Assembly: GCF_963921235.1 (NCBI RefSeq)
Contig: NC_086097.1
Location: 175,710,001-175,774,000, forward strand
From: Mobula hypostoma
Lineage: Eukaryota
Direction of reading: 5' to 3'
Length of the DNA stretch: 64,000 nt
Under the pieces are notes generated by a model that made no database searches, was not told the origin of the DNA, and saw only the letters and a program-made list of their open reading frames with translations. The first letter of the stretch is position 1. Each line of letters starts with the position of its first letter. Position numbers and translations under genes: made by a program. Positions 49,368 to 61,469 of this stretch are shown in pieces.

Positions 49368-51803
49368 CTAACCTAGTGTAACAAGCACCACCCAATGTCC
49401 CAGTTCTTTGCATCGCCTCGGGACAATCAAACACACGTGTGCGAGTTGTTTAATTACTTCTCCTAAAGAGTCGCTTTGTTCGGGGATTAATGGAGAGACC
49501 TTATCAGCAGAGCTGGCCAAAACAATAGCCTTCTCCCATCTGGTCGATACCATACTCATCTTTTCAAAATGGTTTTTTTGTCTTATCAGGGGGCCCCTAG
49601 CTTCATTGATTTCCGTGCTAACACTGACTAGGTTTGTTAGCATATCAAAAGCCTGTGACCGTCTCAGTTCGCGCCGGCCATAATCAATAACATCCTTTCT
49701 CCGGTGCAGCCGGTAAACCTCTTTCATGATTCCACCAACTGTTCCCTCCAGTACCGCAAAATGTCCACCGGGGGATACCTTGGGGGCCAGGTTAAAAACC
49801 TTATCCCCATAACTCTTTTGCACCACCCCCCATTCCTCATCTGCGGGTACGGTACTTGGCTTCCCTTTCTTCCTTAGCACTTCCTCCTCCACACAATAGC
49901 CTACTAGTTCCCTTGTTAAGTCTGTGTCAGAGAGAGCTGTCTCTGCCAAAACCATCAGAAACGTCTCAGCTAAATTTACTACCGCAGTCCCGTGATGAAC
50001 CTGTGAGTCCATGGGCGGGGCCTCAATGCTGGCAGGCTGACCTGTTAATCTCACTGCTTCGAACACGATTCCCCCGGCGAGGTCATTACCGAGCAAGACT
50101 TCCACGCCTTTCATCGGTAATTCGGACCTCACTCCGATCGTGACTAGTCCAGAGACCAGGTTGCTTTGTAAGTGTATCTGGTGCAAAGGGACGGCTTCCG
50201 TCCCTTTTCCAATGCCTTTGATCTTGACTTCCCCAGTCTGGGTCTCTGAGCTAAACTCTAATACAACCTTCAGTATCAGTGACTGACATGCTCCCGTGTC
50301 TCTCCAGATCCGCACTGGAACTGGTTTTAACCCCTCCTTCACTGACACCAATCCGGCTGAGATAAACCTCTCGCGCCCTTCCTGAACTTTGGCAGACCTG
50401 TCCTGTCCTAGCGGTTCGTTTACCAGCTCGATACAGTCAGTCAAAATCGCCGTTTTCCCTTTTCCCGTCTCCTTCTTTGGGGCAAAGCACCTGGACGCAA
50501 AGTGTCCGACTTTCCCGCAATTATAACAGACGACCCCAGGAGACTTCCTACCAGACTGCTCCCGGTCTACCTTATCCTTCTCACTAGTCCCCGGCTTACT
50601 TTCTGACTTTTCTGGCGGACTCTCCCCGCCGTCCTGACTACCCTTCTGGTAGCCTTTACTCGGGGCAAACTTCATTTTATGCGTCAACGCATACTCATCC
50701 GCTAACTTAGCAGTTGTGGCTAACGTGGCTGCCTTTTTCTCATCTAGGTAGGGTCTCATACCCTCAGGGACACAACCTTTAAACTGCTCAATCAGGATCA
50801 GCTGTAGCAGTCTGTCATAATCCCCCTCTACCCCCTTCGAGGTGCACCAATGCTCACAATATGTCTGCATCTCACGGGCAAACTCTAAATACGTGCGGTC
50901 CCACTGCTTCCTTGCATTCCGGAACCTCTGCCGGTATGCCTCCGGGATCAACTCATAAATCCTGAGGATGGCCTCCTTCACCACCTCATACTTCTGGGCA
51001 TCTTCCGTGGACAAAGCTGAGTAAGCTTCTTGGGCTTTCCCTTTCAGTACACTCTGAAGCAAAACAACCCACTTATCCCTTGGCCAGTCCTGACTTGTAG
51101 CAACTTTTTCGAAAAGGAGAAAGTACCGATCCACGTCGGTATTGTCAAATAGGGGAACCAGCCTATCCTGGGTCGCCCGGAACCCTCCACCTTGGTTCGG
51201 CACGGGCCCCTGCTCTGCCCTTATCTTTAACTTCTCCAGCTCGAATTTCCTTTCCCTCTGTCTCTCCTCTCGCTCCAGCTGTCTCTCTGTCTCTCTGTCT
51301 CTCTGTCTCTCTGTCTCTCTGTCTCTCTGTCTCTCTGTCTCTCTGTCTCTCTGTCTCTCTGTCTCTCTGTCTCTCTGTCTCTCTGTCTCTCTGTCTCTCT
51401 GTCTCTCTGTCTCTCTGTCTCTCTGTCTCTCTGTCTCTCTGTCTCTCTGTCTCTCTGTCTCTCTGTCTCTCTGTCTCTCTGTCTCTTTCTCCTGCCTTTC
51501 TAACTGCTTCTCTTCGTGTTCTAACTGCCGTACCCGGAACTCGTGCTCGAGTCTCAGTTTTTCAAGCTGCACCTGTACCGCGTCTCCAGCAGGTTTTTCA
51601 ATAGACACCACCTCCAGCTCGCCTTGGGGAAACACACCTTTAGATACATAGTGCTCTACGATAGCTCTGTGTATCTCCTCTCTCCTCATTGTCGACTTCC
51701 CCTTAGCAAGATTCAACCGTTTGGCCACAGCTACCAATTCCGATTTCCTGGCATCCTCTAATGCCTCCAAGGTCGGCACCTTTATAATTTCCTCAGCCTC
51801 CAT
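49368..51803 (-). CDS. Gag-protease ORF (811 aa) with degenerate integrase remnant
   Basis: Coiled coil; capsid/SCAN-like region (DVDRYFLLFEKVA..WP..GKAQEAY..PEAYRQRFR..QLILIEQF); zinc knuckle CYNCGKVGHFASRC; protease RDTGA..LLGNDL. RT and RNaseH scraps follow in other frames (NLEKNEF..TYLG, RRLLEMVGYCR, HIKGTENVMADCLS). Confidence 0.88.
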   Translation of the reverse strand: MEAEEIIKVPTLEALEDARKSELVAVAKRLNLAKGKSTMRREEIHRAIVEHYVSKGVFPQGELEVVSIEKPAGDAVQVQLEKLRLEHEFRVRQLEHEEKQLERQEKETERQRDRETERQRDRETERQRDRETERQRDRETERQRDRETERQRDRETERQRDRETERQRDRETERQLEREERQRERKFELEKLKIRAEQGPVPNQGGGFRATQDRLVPLFDNTDVDRYFLLFEKVATSQDWPRDKWVVLLQSVLKGKAQEAYSALSTEDAQKYEVVKEAILRIYELIPEAYRQRFRNARKQWDRTYLEFAREMQTYCEHWCTSKGVEGDYDRLLQLILIEQFKGCVPEGMRPYLDEKKAATLATTAKLADEYALTHKMKFAPSKGYQKGSQDGGESPPEKSESKPGTSEKDKVDREQSGRKSPGVVCYNCGKVGHFASRCFAPKKETGKGKTAILTDCIELVNEPLGQDRSAKVQEGRERFISAGLVSVKEGLKPVPVRIWRDTGACQSLILKVVLEFSSETQTGEVKIKGIGKGTEAVPLHQIHLQSNLVSGLVTIGVRSELPMKGVEVLLGNDLAGGIVFEAVRLTGQPASIEAPPMDSQVHHGTAVVNLAETFLMVLAETALSDTDLTRELVGYCVEEEVLRKKGKPSTVPADEEWGVVQKSYGDKVFNLAPKVSPGGHFAVLEGTVGGIMKEVYRLHRRKDVIDYGRRELRRSQAFDMLTNLVSVSTEINEARGPLIRQKNHFEKMSMVSTRWEKAIVLASSADKVSPLIPEQSDSLGEVIKQLAHVCLIVPRRCKELGHWVVLVTLG
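51279..51485. repeat. 8-bp tandem repeat (CTGTCTCT)n inside gag
   Basis: About 25 perfect units; encodes (RQRDRETE)x8 on the minus strand. Confidence 0.95.
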
Positions 51804-53754
51804 TTCTGCTGTTTGTCTTTTCTTTCTTTCGGGAATTTTGACCCAATCAATTTACTCCGTCCCAAATTTAGCGTTCAAAATCGCGGACGAGAACCCCACT
51901 TATGTTACGTATCCCGTAACTGGGTTGTCAAACCAGCAGAAATGGATCACTCAGTTGGAGTCTGGATTACTAGAACTAAGAAAGTTTTATTAAAGAAACA
52001 AGCAACACAGTACGCTAATCAAAAGGATAATAAATGCAACAGTTCAGCAATGATAAACATGTACACAGAATTAAGATAACAGGATCAATCAAGCTCTATC
52101 GTTGTCTAGGGGTAAATGACCAGTTTCAAAGTGACGCAAAGTTCAGTTCAATTTAGTTCAGTTCAGTTCACAGTAATCGCTGCCGTGGCGATGGACAGTG
52201 TGGGGGAAGGAGAGAGAGAGCAAAACGAACGAATATTCAAAGCTTCCACACAGACCTTCGCAGTCAGCTGTCAGGTGAGTCCTTTGTGATGCCATCAGAG
52301 GTCACTGACCGTGACCCCTTCGTTTCCAGATACGATCGTTTCTCTGCGGTGAACCCAGCACCCAGGCAAGGGTGGACACACACCAGGTTCCCGCCGAGCG
52401 TGCCTTTCCACCCTGTGCGTCTATGGCCCGGTACTTCCCACCGACTTGTGAGAGACGCACCGCTTCCAGGGTCTTGTTACCTCGGGTGTCGTGTGTGTCT
52501 TGCCTTAGCGAACCTGTCCCTTTTTATCCCCCTGCTGGGGTATCACCTGTCCATCACTTCAAACAGTTCAGGGTTCAAAGGGGGAGCCGATCTTGACAGC
52601 TCTCCTTCCCCTTCATTAACATCTCCAAGTGCTGCTCCATTTTTTTCCTTATCTCTCTCTCTCTCCTGAAGACAGGTGGCAGACCAACTGCTGATTCCAC
52701 TGGTGCCAGCACAGGACAGCTACATCGTAATCTATGTGTATTCTTGTCACAATGGAGACAGCCGTGAAAAGCACGGAGGAACATCTGGAGAAACTTCTGA
52801 AATGCCCTGTTCACTGCTGTTGCTACTGTGCGATTGAGAATCTCCGGAGGGAAGGGCCCAAATCCTCGGTTTTGCCTGCTGCTGGCGGCCGGGGTTGGGG
52901 TCGAAGTGCTCGGCAGAGATGGTGCTCGGTGTCGGAGGCTCGAAGTTTTTGGACGACTCAGAGTCGGATTGTGGTCGGGCATGGCAGGGAGAGTTTTTTT
53001 CCTTCTCCTGTCTACGTGAGATGTGGGACTTTCGAGAGACTTTGAACTTTTTTTTACCGTGCCCATGGCCTGTTCTTTATCAAGTTACGGTATTGCTTGC
53101 ACTGTTGTAACTATATGTTATAATTATGTGGTTTTTGTCAGTTTTTCAGTCTTGGTCTGTCTTGTGTTTCTGTGATACCACACTGGAGGAATATTGTATC
53201 ATTTCTTAATGCATGCATTACTAAATGACAATAAAAGAGGACTGCGTGTCCTCATAATCTAAAAAAAATGTTGTGGATCATTGAAATTCTAAGCAAGCTT
53301 GAAGCTTTTTTGAGATATACAGGACCATGTGCTTCAATGAAGGGTCTCAGCTTGAAACATCGACGGTTTGCTCTTTTTGTTAGATGCTGCCTGGCCTGCT
53401 ATGTTCCACCAGCATTTTGTGTATGTTGCTTTGACAGAATGATTTTTCAAGTGAACAAATCAAATGAGTCACAGAATTAGTGTAGATATGAAACATTATT
53501 TGAGCTACTTTTAATCCAATAAGATGAGCTAAATACTTTCAAAGCTTGCATCATTCAGGTCTTGCTCACTTTGTATATGCTGGACTTGTGTATAGCCTGT
53601 ACTTAACAAGTGTTTGAGGGATTGGTGGGATAAATTTGCTGGTTGCTGTGGGCTCAGTTTGTAGTTGTGCTTCTATCGGTCTTGCAAATAGGTTTCTGTT
53701 CTTAATTCAAACAATCATAAGCTGAGGTTCTGATAGTTATCCCCTATTTTTTTT

Positions 53755-54053
53755 TAGGCATCTGTTAGTCTTGCGAGACTATGGATCTGTGCCTGGAATG
53801 TCTTCACTCTCCAGGGCGCAGGCCTGGGCAAGGTTGTATGGAAGACCGGCAGTTGCCCATGCTGCAAGTCTCCCCTCTCCACGACACCGATATTGTCCAA
53901 GGGAAGGGCAAGGGCTGATACAGCTTGGCACTAGTGTCATCGCGGAGCATTGTATCATTAAGTGCCTTGCTCAAGGGCACAACACGCTGCCTCAGCTGGG
54001 TCTCGAACCCACGACCTTTAGGTCGTTAGTCGAGTGCCTTAACCACTTGGCCA
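53755..54053 (-). mobile_element. tRNA-headed SINE with CORE-like domain
   Basis: Minus strand: A box TGGCCAAGTGG, B box GGTTCGAGACC, CORE-like CCCTTGAGCAAGGCACTTAA, A-rich tail. Confidence 0.8.
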
Positions 54054-54587
54054 CTATTAAGCAGTCACAAATGAGATTGCGTCTATCTCCAGAAATCCTG
54101 CTACAGTAAACTCAGATAAATAGTATCTGATTGTTTGGAAATCCAAGTTATTTGGTATCTTGCTCATTGAACCTCTGTTTATTTTATTTTATAGATGTAG
54201 TACAGAATAGGTCCTTCTGGCCCTTCAAGTCACATTGCCCAGCAACTCCTAACCAATCCAGATTTAACCCTAACCCGATCACAGGATAATTTATGATGAC
54301 AAATTAACTATTAACTGGTACGTCTTTGGACTGTGTGATGAAACTGGAGCACCAGTAGAAGACCCATGCATTCCATGGGGAGATCATACAAGCTCCTTAC
54401 AGAGGGTGCAGGGATTGAACGCGGGCACCCTGAGCTGAAATAGTGTTGTGGCAACTGCACGCTACAGTGAAGCACAATTTTATAAACTCCCTAGAGAAAG
54501 CGGCGGGAATTGAACCTGAGCCACTGATGCTCTAATAGCATTATGTTAATCTCTACACTACCATGACAACCCATGTTTCCTATACTC

Positions 54588-55463
54588 TGTTACGAGAATA
54601 CACATAAAATTAAGATGTTTGCTGGCCTGGGCTAGCATCAGTGGCATCAGCAGTTGGTCTGCCACCTGCCCTCAGGGGAAGGAGAGATAAGGAACAATGG
54701 AGCAGCGTCTGGAGATGTGTAATGAAGGGATGTGGGAGGGAGAGCTGTCTGGAGCGGCTCCCCCCCTTTGAACCCTGAACTGTTTGAAGTGATGGACAGG
54801 CGATACCCCAGCAGGGGGATAAAAAGGGACAGGTTCGCTAAGACGGACACGCCACCCGAGGTAACGAGACCCTGGAAGCGGTGCGCCTCTCATGAGTGGT
54901 GAGAAGTATCGGACAACGCACAGGGTGGAAAGGTACGATCAGCGGGAACCTGGTGTGTGTCCGCCCTTGCCTGGGTGCCGGGTTCACTGCAGAGGATCGA
55001 CCGCATCTGGAGGAGGGGTCACAGTCGGTGACCTCAGGTGACATCACCAAGGACCCGCCCAAAAGCTGTTTGTGAGCCATCTCGCTGGTCTGTGAGCCAT
55101 CTTGCTGGTCTGTGAGTGAAGCCGTTCTGAATGATGAGTTGTTCCTATTCTATCTCTCTCTTCCCCCACGTTGTCCACCGCCATGGCAACGATTACTGCG
55201 AACTGAACTACTAAACTGGACTGAACTTTGAGTCATTTTGAAATTGGTCATTTACCCCTAGACAACGATAGAGCTTGATTGATGCTGTTATCTTAATTCT
55301 GTACACATGTGTGTTTATCATCACTGAACTGTTGCATTTATTATCCTTTCGATTACTGTGTTGCTTGTTTCTGTAATAAAACTTTCTTAGTTCTAGTACT
55401 CCAGACTCCAACTGAGTGATCCATTTCTGCTGGTTTGGCAACCCAGTTACGGGGTACGTAACA
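54588..55463 (+). mobile_element. Solo LTR related to the 47866-52751 element, opposite orientation
   Basis: TGTTACG..CGTAACA termini; 4-bp TSD ACTC (54584-54587, 55464-55467); clear but diverged reverse-complement similarity to the paired LTRs; AATAAA at 55375-55380. Confidence 0.92.
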
Positions 55464-56339
55464 ACTCCAATTAAAGTTACTGGTTTTACTGGAAATCTCG
55501 GCATATCATTGTCCACAGTTGAATATTTGCAATCAAGGAAGTTATGAATTGATGAGGTCTACATGATAGGCTGATCCAGAACAGCAGGTCACATAAGATG
55601 AAGGACAATCTACCCAATTTTTTACAAAATTGGCTTGGTGAAATGAGTCAGAGGATAGAAGTGGAGGGTTGTTTTTTTTTATATAATGGAGGCCTTTGAG
55701 CTGTAGCGTGCCACAAGGAATCAGTGCTGGCTTCCCTTTGGTTTGCCATGTACATTAATTATTTGGATGAAAATGAAAGTGCACTGACAGTAACCAAATG
55801 CAGTAATGAGACTAGTTCAGGAAGGAGCCCTGGTTGGTATGGATGAGTTGGACTAAAGAGCCTGGTTCTGTACTGTGACTTTAATAATAGTGCACTTTAG
55901 ATTTTTACTCAGCAAAAATCAAAGATAAATTTAATCTATAAGACCGCAGTACAATGTCAAGAACTATTATGATGCATGTATGAAAGATTAGATAGTGCTT
56001 GACTTTGAAATGGCTTTCACTTTCTCTCATATTTGATAATAAACAGTTAAACCCCAAACTTATTTGTGTTTAAATTCTGGAGGTAGTTTTTGCTTCTGTC
56101 ATTACAAATCCATAATTTTGTATTGTTATTGTGTTTATATTAAGGTATATATATTTAGATACAAATATATCAATATTTCCATTCCCCTGGAGCTGCTTTA
56201 ATAACATTTTTGTAACCACATAATGGGGCTGACTTGTAATGGAGAAACTAATTTGTTACAATTTACCTGTTTAGTTTTTGTGTTTTTTGTCGTTTTAATT
56301 TTAATAGCTGTTATGGAACCTGATGGTATGGGATGATAG

Positions 56340-57390
56340 TGGAACGCAAAATGCAATCTTAATTCTTAGAATGATTTGTGAGCGTGCCACAGAGATCCAG
56401 AAAGACCTATATCAAAGATTATACCAAAGTTTTTGATAAGCTTTGAAGAGCTTGTGGCACTTAGACATTGATGAGAAAGATATCAGAGTCATTAGGAATT
56501 TGTGTTGGGAAAATGACAAGAAATTTCGTCCAGATTAAGGGGGAAGTCAGACAGGGTCGTGTTCTCTCGCCCAACCTATTCAACCTTTATAGCAAGAAGA
56601 TTCTAAGAGAAATTGGGAGTATTCCAGGCATGATAATTGGTGATTACAATTTGAACAATCTATGATAAGCAGATGACACAGTGCTGATGGAGCTTCTCTT
56701 TAGAAGTGTCTAAGGAATACTGGATAAAGTTATTAAAGTGCAAAGAGAGGATTGACCATCAACTACAAGAAGACTGAATGCGTGGTTGTCACAAAGAAGA
56801 AAGAAATACAGAAATGTGAACTGAAAGGGGGCAATGAAACAATTAAATGAACATGGAAGTTCAAGTACTTGGGGAGTACGATAGCAGATATTGAAATTAG
56901 GAGATTGGGGTTGCTAAATGCACACTTGTACAAGATACTGAAGAATAACAATTTCTATGGGTATGAAACTCATTGTTGCAGTGTTAGGTTTATTACACAT
57001 TAACATGGAAGCAACTATATTGGACAATATCAAAGCAAAATGAAGCAAGACTGGCTGCAGAAATGTTTTTGAGAAGAGTGATGAAAATATTGTGGAAGGA
57101 CAGAGTAACAAATGATGTGTTGTGAAAAGCTGGAATAAGAGGAGAGCTGATATCATCAATCAGGAAACGGCAGCTGGAATTTCTGGGGCATGTTCAAGCT
57201 TCTCTTTCCTCAGAACATCTTGCAGTGATGGGAAAATTGATGGAAGAACAAGTCGCAGTCATCGACGCATGACATTCATGAGTTACATCAAGGGATGGAC
57301 AAGCAAAAGTTTGGAACAGCTTATTAAAACTTCAGATTTAAAGACAGATGGAAGGTCATTGTGCAAGTCATATGATACAGCAAATAATGA
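56340..57390 (+). mobile_element. RTE-clade LINE remnant
   Basis: GTQNAILILRMICER, VRQGRVLSPNLFNLYS, NNL..ADDTVL, FKYLGS. Heavily decayed. Confidence 0.75.
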
Positions 57391-59449
57391 ATGGTGTCAG
57401 ATTTGCTTCTGTAACTCCTGCACAATGGTATCTATGTTATGTACTCAAAGCTAAGGGGAACACCATTAGTTGATCCTTTGCCCAAGGCTAGACTTTGCTA
57501 CTTGTTCGCAGGCAAATGCAAGTTGTTGGCACCAGAACTTGCTGTGCTTTCAGCCACTTAATGCAGGTTTTTAAAAATATAACAATGGCTATTTGGATCT
57601 GTGAGAACAGCATTAATAACTCTGTAACCCTCAAGTCAACTGAGGGATTGTTGCTGAGTTGCATGAATTTTGAAGTATCAAGAGACATATGCGATAGTGT
57701 AACATTAGCATCTTCCACATATTGAGAAATTGTGTAGATTTGTCCAAAACAGAAACAGCAGTGCAAATTCATTCCAGCTAATTGCTGCCCAGTTGGTCTA
57801 CACCGAATTCCCTGTATCACTTTTTAAAAAAAATATTGACAGTGCTGTTGTAGCATTTAAAAATCCTGTATAGATTCATGACTTTACCAGGACTACTGCC
57901 CTCTTAGTCCAAAAAAGTGACAGCGATGCCTTTGATACCTTTTTTGTCAGGTGTGGCATCAAGTTGCACTGGTAAGAGGGCATCAAGGGCAAAATCTCTC
58001 CATTGATTGCAGTCATACCTTTACACTAAGATGGTTCAGAGTCTGGCATTCCAACAAATGAAGGCCTTAACTAACACAGTAAAAGCTGAAGGATCTCAGC
58101 AGGTTAGGCAGCATCTGTAGAGGGATGTAGACACTTGATGTTTCAAGTTGAGACTCTTTATCTGGACTGGAAGATAGAGGGAAGATGGCCTCTATAAAAA
58201 GGAGGAGGGAAGTGATGGAGCAAGATCTGGCAGGTTGATAGGTGGATCCAGGTGAGGAAGAGTTGATAGACAGATGAAGGAGGGGAAAGTAGAAGTACTG
58301 GCAGAAACTGGGAAATGATAGGTGGAGGCAGCTAAGGGCTGCAGGTGATGGAATCTGATAGAAGGAATTGGAGGATGGAATCAAACTTATTTTACTTTGT
58401 CTCATTTGGAGATACAGCCTGGTACAGGCCCAATGAGCTGCACTGCCCGGCAACCCACTTATTTAACCCTAGCATAATCACAGGATAACTTGCAATGACC
58501 AATTAACCTACTTACTGCTATGTCTTTAGACTGAGGGAGGAAAGTGGCACACTTGGAGGAAGCCCACATTCTCACAGGAACGTCATACAAACTTCTTGGA
58601 GGATGCTGAAATTGAACTCCAAGCTCCGATTCCCCGAGCTGCAATAGCATCACGCGAAACCTCAAAGCTACAGTGGAGCCAGGTGGGCAATGGTCAGGGG
58701 GAGGGGAGTGGACCCAGTGAGAAGTGTGTATGGGTTATGAGCAGGGTGCTGATCAGATGGCAAGGGCATGGGAGGGGTCAGTTACTTCATGCCAATCACG
58801 GTGATGGGGGTATGTAGTTCAGGTGGAGAGAGAAAGGGGCAGAGGGTTAGCAGTCACTGGTTGTTGGAGAATTCAATGTTCTGCAAGGTTGTGATGTTCT
58901 TTCACCTATGTTTGGCCTTACCTTGGCACTAGAGGAGGCTAAGGACAAGACAGGCCATTGTGGGAAAGGGCAAGATAATCAAAATGGCTGGCAGCTGGGA
59001 GGTACAGCAAGCGCAGCAGATTTAGCAAGATGGTTGGCCAGTGTGTGTCTGATCTCACTGATGTAGAGGAGATGACATTGACAGAACTAGATGTAATAAA
59101 TAACATTGTCACCTAAAACACAAACTTCTATAGATGTACTGTGGAGAATATTCTGACAAGCTGCATCACTGGTGTGGGGTGGCGGGGTGGTGGCTACTGC
59201 ATAGGATTGAAAGAAGCTATAGAAAGATGTGAAACTAGTCAGCTTCATCTTGGGTACTAGACTCTGTAATATCCAAGATATCTTCAAGGATCGATGCTTC
59301 AGAAAGACGGCGTCCATTATTAAGGACCACCATCACCCAGGACATGCCCTCTTCTCACTGTTACCATAAGGAAGGAGGTATATACATATAATTAATTTCT
59401 GTTTTGCACTATTTTAAATTTAACTATTTAATATACATGTTTTTCTCAT

Positions 59450-60865
59450 CCCATATGGCTGGTGCGTATGTGCATTTCTCCCTCAATCTCTGGTCCTCTA
59501 CCAGAGGCCTGGGGGTTTGAGGGTTTGGCACAGTATCTTTGTTGTTCCGAGTAATGCGCTCTTCTGGAATGAGATCTCAGATGTTGTTCCCGGGATTTGT
59601 TCGAGCCGCTCTGCCAGTCCAGCTGTCACAGATCCATGTGCTCCTATCACCACCAGGATTACTCTGACTTTAACCTTCCACATCCTTTCTGTCTGCTCTG
59701 TCAAGCCATGGTATTTCTCCAGCTTCTTATGTTCTTTCTTCCTGATGTTACTGTCATTTGGGATTGCCATATCCATTGTTAATGCTTTCTTCTCTTCCTT
59801 GTCCAGTATTACTATTATTTGGTTGGCCAGTATCTGCCTATCAGACTGTATTTGGAAATCCCACAGATCTTAGTTCAGTCATTCTCTACTGTCTTCTCTG
59901 GTGTTTCCCATTTGGACTTGGGAGTGTCCAATCCATTCTCAGTGCAGATGTTCCTGTACAAAATTTTTGCAGCTTTGACTTTTTGTTCAGTGTATGCTGT
60001 CCTTACCTGGATTTTGTACCCTGCTACTATCCACTGGATGGTTTCAGCAGATTCCTTGCACAGTCTGCATTTTGGGTTTTATCTGGTGTGATAAACGCCT
60101 ATTTCTTTTGCTCTTGTTCTCAGTGCCTGTTCTTGTGCAGCCATGAGCAATGCCTCTGTGCGGTCACTCAGCCTGCCATTTCCAGCTATTGGCGGGATTT
60201 TTACATCAGCCACTTCTGATATAGACAATAGGTGCAGGAGTAGGCCATTCGGCCCTTTGAGCCAGCACCGCCATTCACTGTGATCATGGCTGATCATCCA
60301 GAATCAGTAATCCATTTCCTGCCTTATCCCCATAACCTTTGATTCTGCTATCTTTAAGAGGTCTATCCATCTCTTTCTTGAAAGCATCCAGAGACTTGGC
60401 CTCCACAACCTCCTGGGGCGATGGTACATCCCGTGCAGTGGCTTATCCTGCCATGGCCTCTGGTCCTCTGGCTCTGCTTCACACACTTCCATTTCTATAT
60501 CCCCTATCTGCTGTTTGAGGTATTCTCCTAGCAGGTTGTCCTTGGGGGGCCATCTTCATGACATACTCATGGATGTTTTCCATTTCTTCAAGGACTGTGG
60601 CCTTGACACTTCTAAGACCCTGTGCTCCTTTATTCAGGCAGGTGTTGAGTTGCTCGACTTTGGATGGAATCCCCCGTGTATTATTAGTAGTTTCTGGGTC
60701 TTGATGTCAGCAGCTTCCAGTTCGTTCCTTGGCCAGCACACTGTTGCTACTGGTTATCTGATGACTGGTAGGGCAAATGTGTTGATGGCTCTGATCTTAT
60801 TCTTCACATTCAGCTGGCTTTTTAGGACCTGTCTCACTTTTTGGAGGTACTTGGATGTTGCATTG
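59450..60865 (-). mobile_element. R4/Dong (Rex6-like) LINE 3' portion with restriction-like endonuclease; CR1 3' piece inserted at ~60222-60415
   Basis: WQDKPLHGMYHR|ISEVAD, TEALLMAAQEQALRT, CRLC, WDF..ANQ, DMAIPNDSNIRKKEHKKLEKY, VVIGAHG. Confidence 0.82.
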
Positions 60866-61469
60866 TAATGTTTAGTTGACTGTATCATTTTGTGTAATAA
60901 AATGAGATGTATATGGAAACGATGACCATCTAAAGTGTTTGGGGCAGTCTAGGAAATATGGGTCATCACTTTATGATCACTTTCCTTATTTCTATTCATA
61001 CTGGATTTTTTTGGATAGTACAATATTGTCTTACCCTGATGAACAACTTAAATCTTTAAATATTTGCTGGAAATTGAAATGGACTAAATTTACTAAAAGC
61101 TAATCAAGGTTGATCAGTTTAAGTGGTGCTTCTAGGACATTTCCAAATATAAAATAAAAATAAACAATAAAATAATTTTAAGTATTTCCAAGAGTGCAGT
61201 AACATGGACTGGGTGGAGGAGATGTTGATGGGGAAATGTGCTTCTAACATTTTGAAAGCAGTTGACTTGTGTTCAGTCCACTTGTTAGACTATTGGTTTC
61301 TCAAAAGGATCAGTCAAGCTATTTAAAAAAAAACAGGCAATTGGTGCACTTGTTTTTAAATTGGAAAAAGATTATAGATTATATGGTAATAATCAATTTT
61401 ATGTTTGGTTGTTTACTTGAAAGTTGGTGCTAAATGTCAATTAATTTGTTTAACCGTGCTATCTTTCAG

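Larger units (their letters stand above)
47866..52751 (-). mobile_element. Gypsy/Gmr1-like LTR retrotransposon, internally deleted (non-autonomous)
   Basis: TG..CA LTRs at 47866-48713 and 51903-52751; 4-bp TSD ATGG (47862-47865, 52752-52755). tRNA-Pro-like PBS TGGGGTTCTCGTCCGCGAT next to the 5' LTR and PPT AAAGGGGGGAAG next to the 3' LTR (both minus strand). Confidence 0.95.
47765..53265 (+). mobile_element. Non-coding retroposon-like element (AAGATGGCG start, LINE-like 3' tail) split by the LTR element
   Basis: 47765-47865 continues at 52756-53265 across the ATGG TSD; CpG-rich body; 3' end with AATAAA and an A-run. Confidence 0.55.
1515..61469 (+). other. Intron 1 of B4GALT6-like gene (59,955 bp, GT-AG)
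   Basis: Phase-compatible exons at both ends give a continuous B4GALT6-like peptide; the interior is mostly TE-derived. Confidence 0.88.

Noticed and set aside
51142..51651. 169-aa plus-strand (SLSLCLSV)n ORF
   Set aside because: Antisense reading of the 8-bp repeat.
53985..54053. tRNA gene
   Set aside because: A and B boxes run into a SINE body and tail, with no acceptor-stem closure; it is a SINE head.
55071..55116. 20-bp tandem duplication in the solo LTR
   Set aside because: Ordinary local duplication, not an array.
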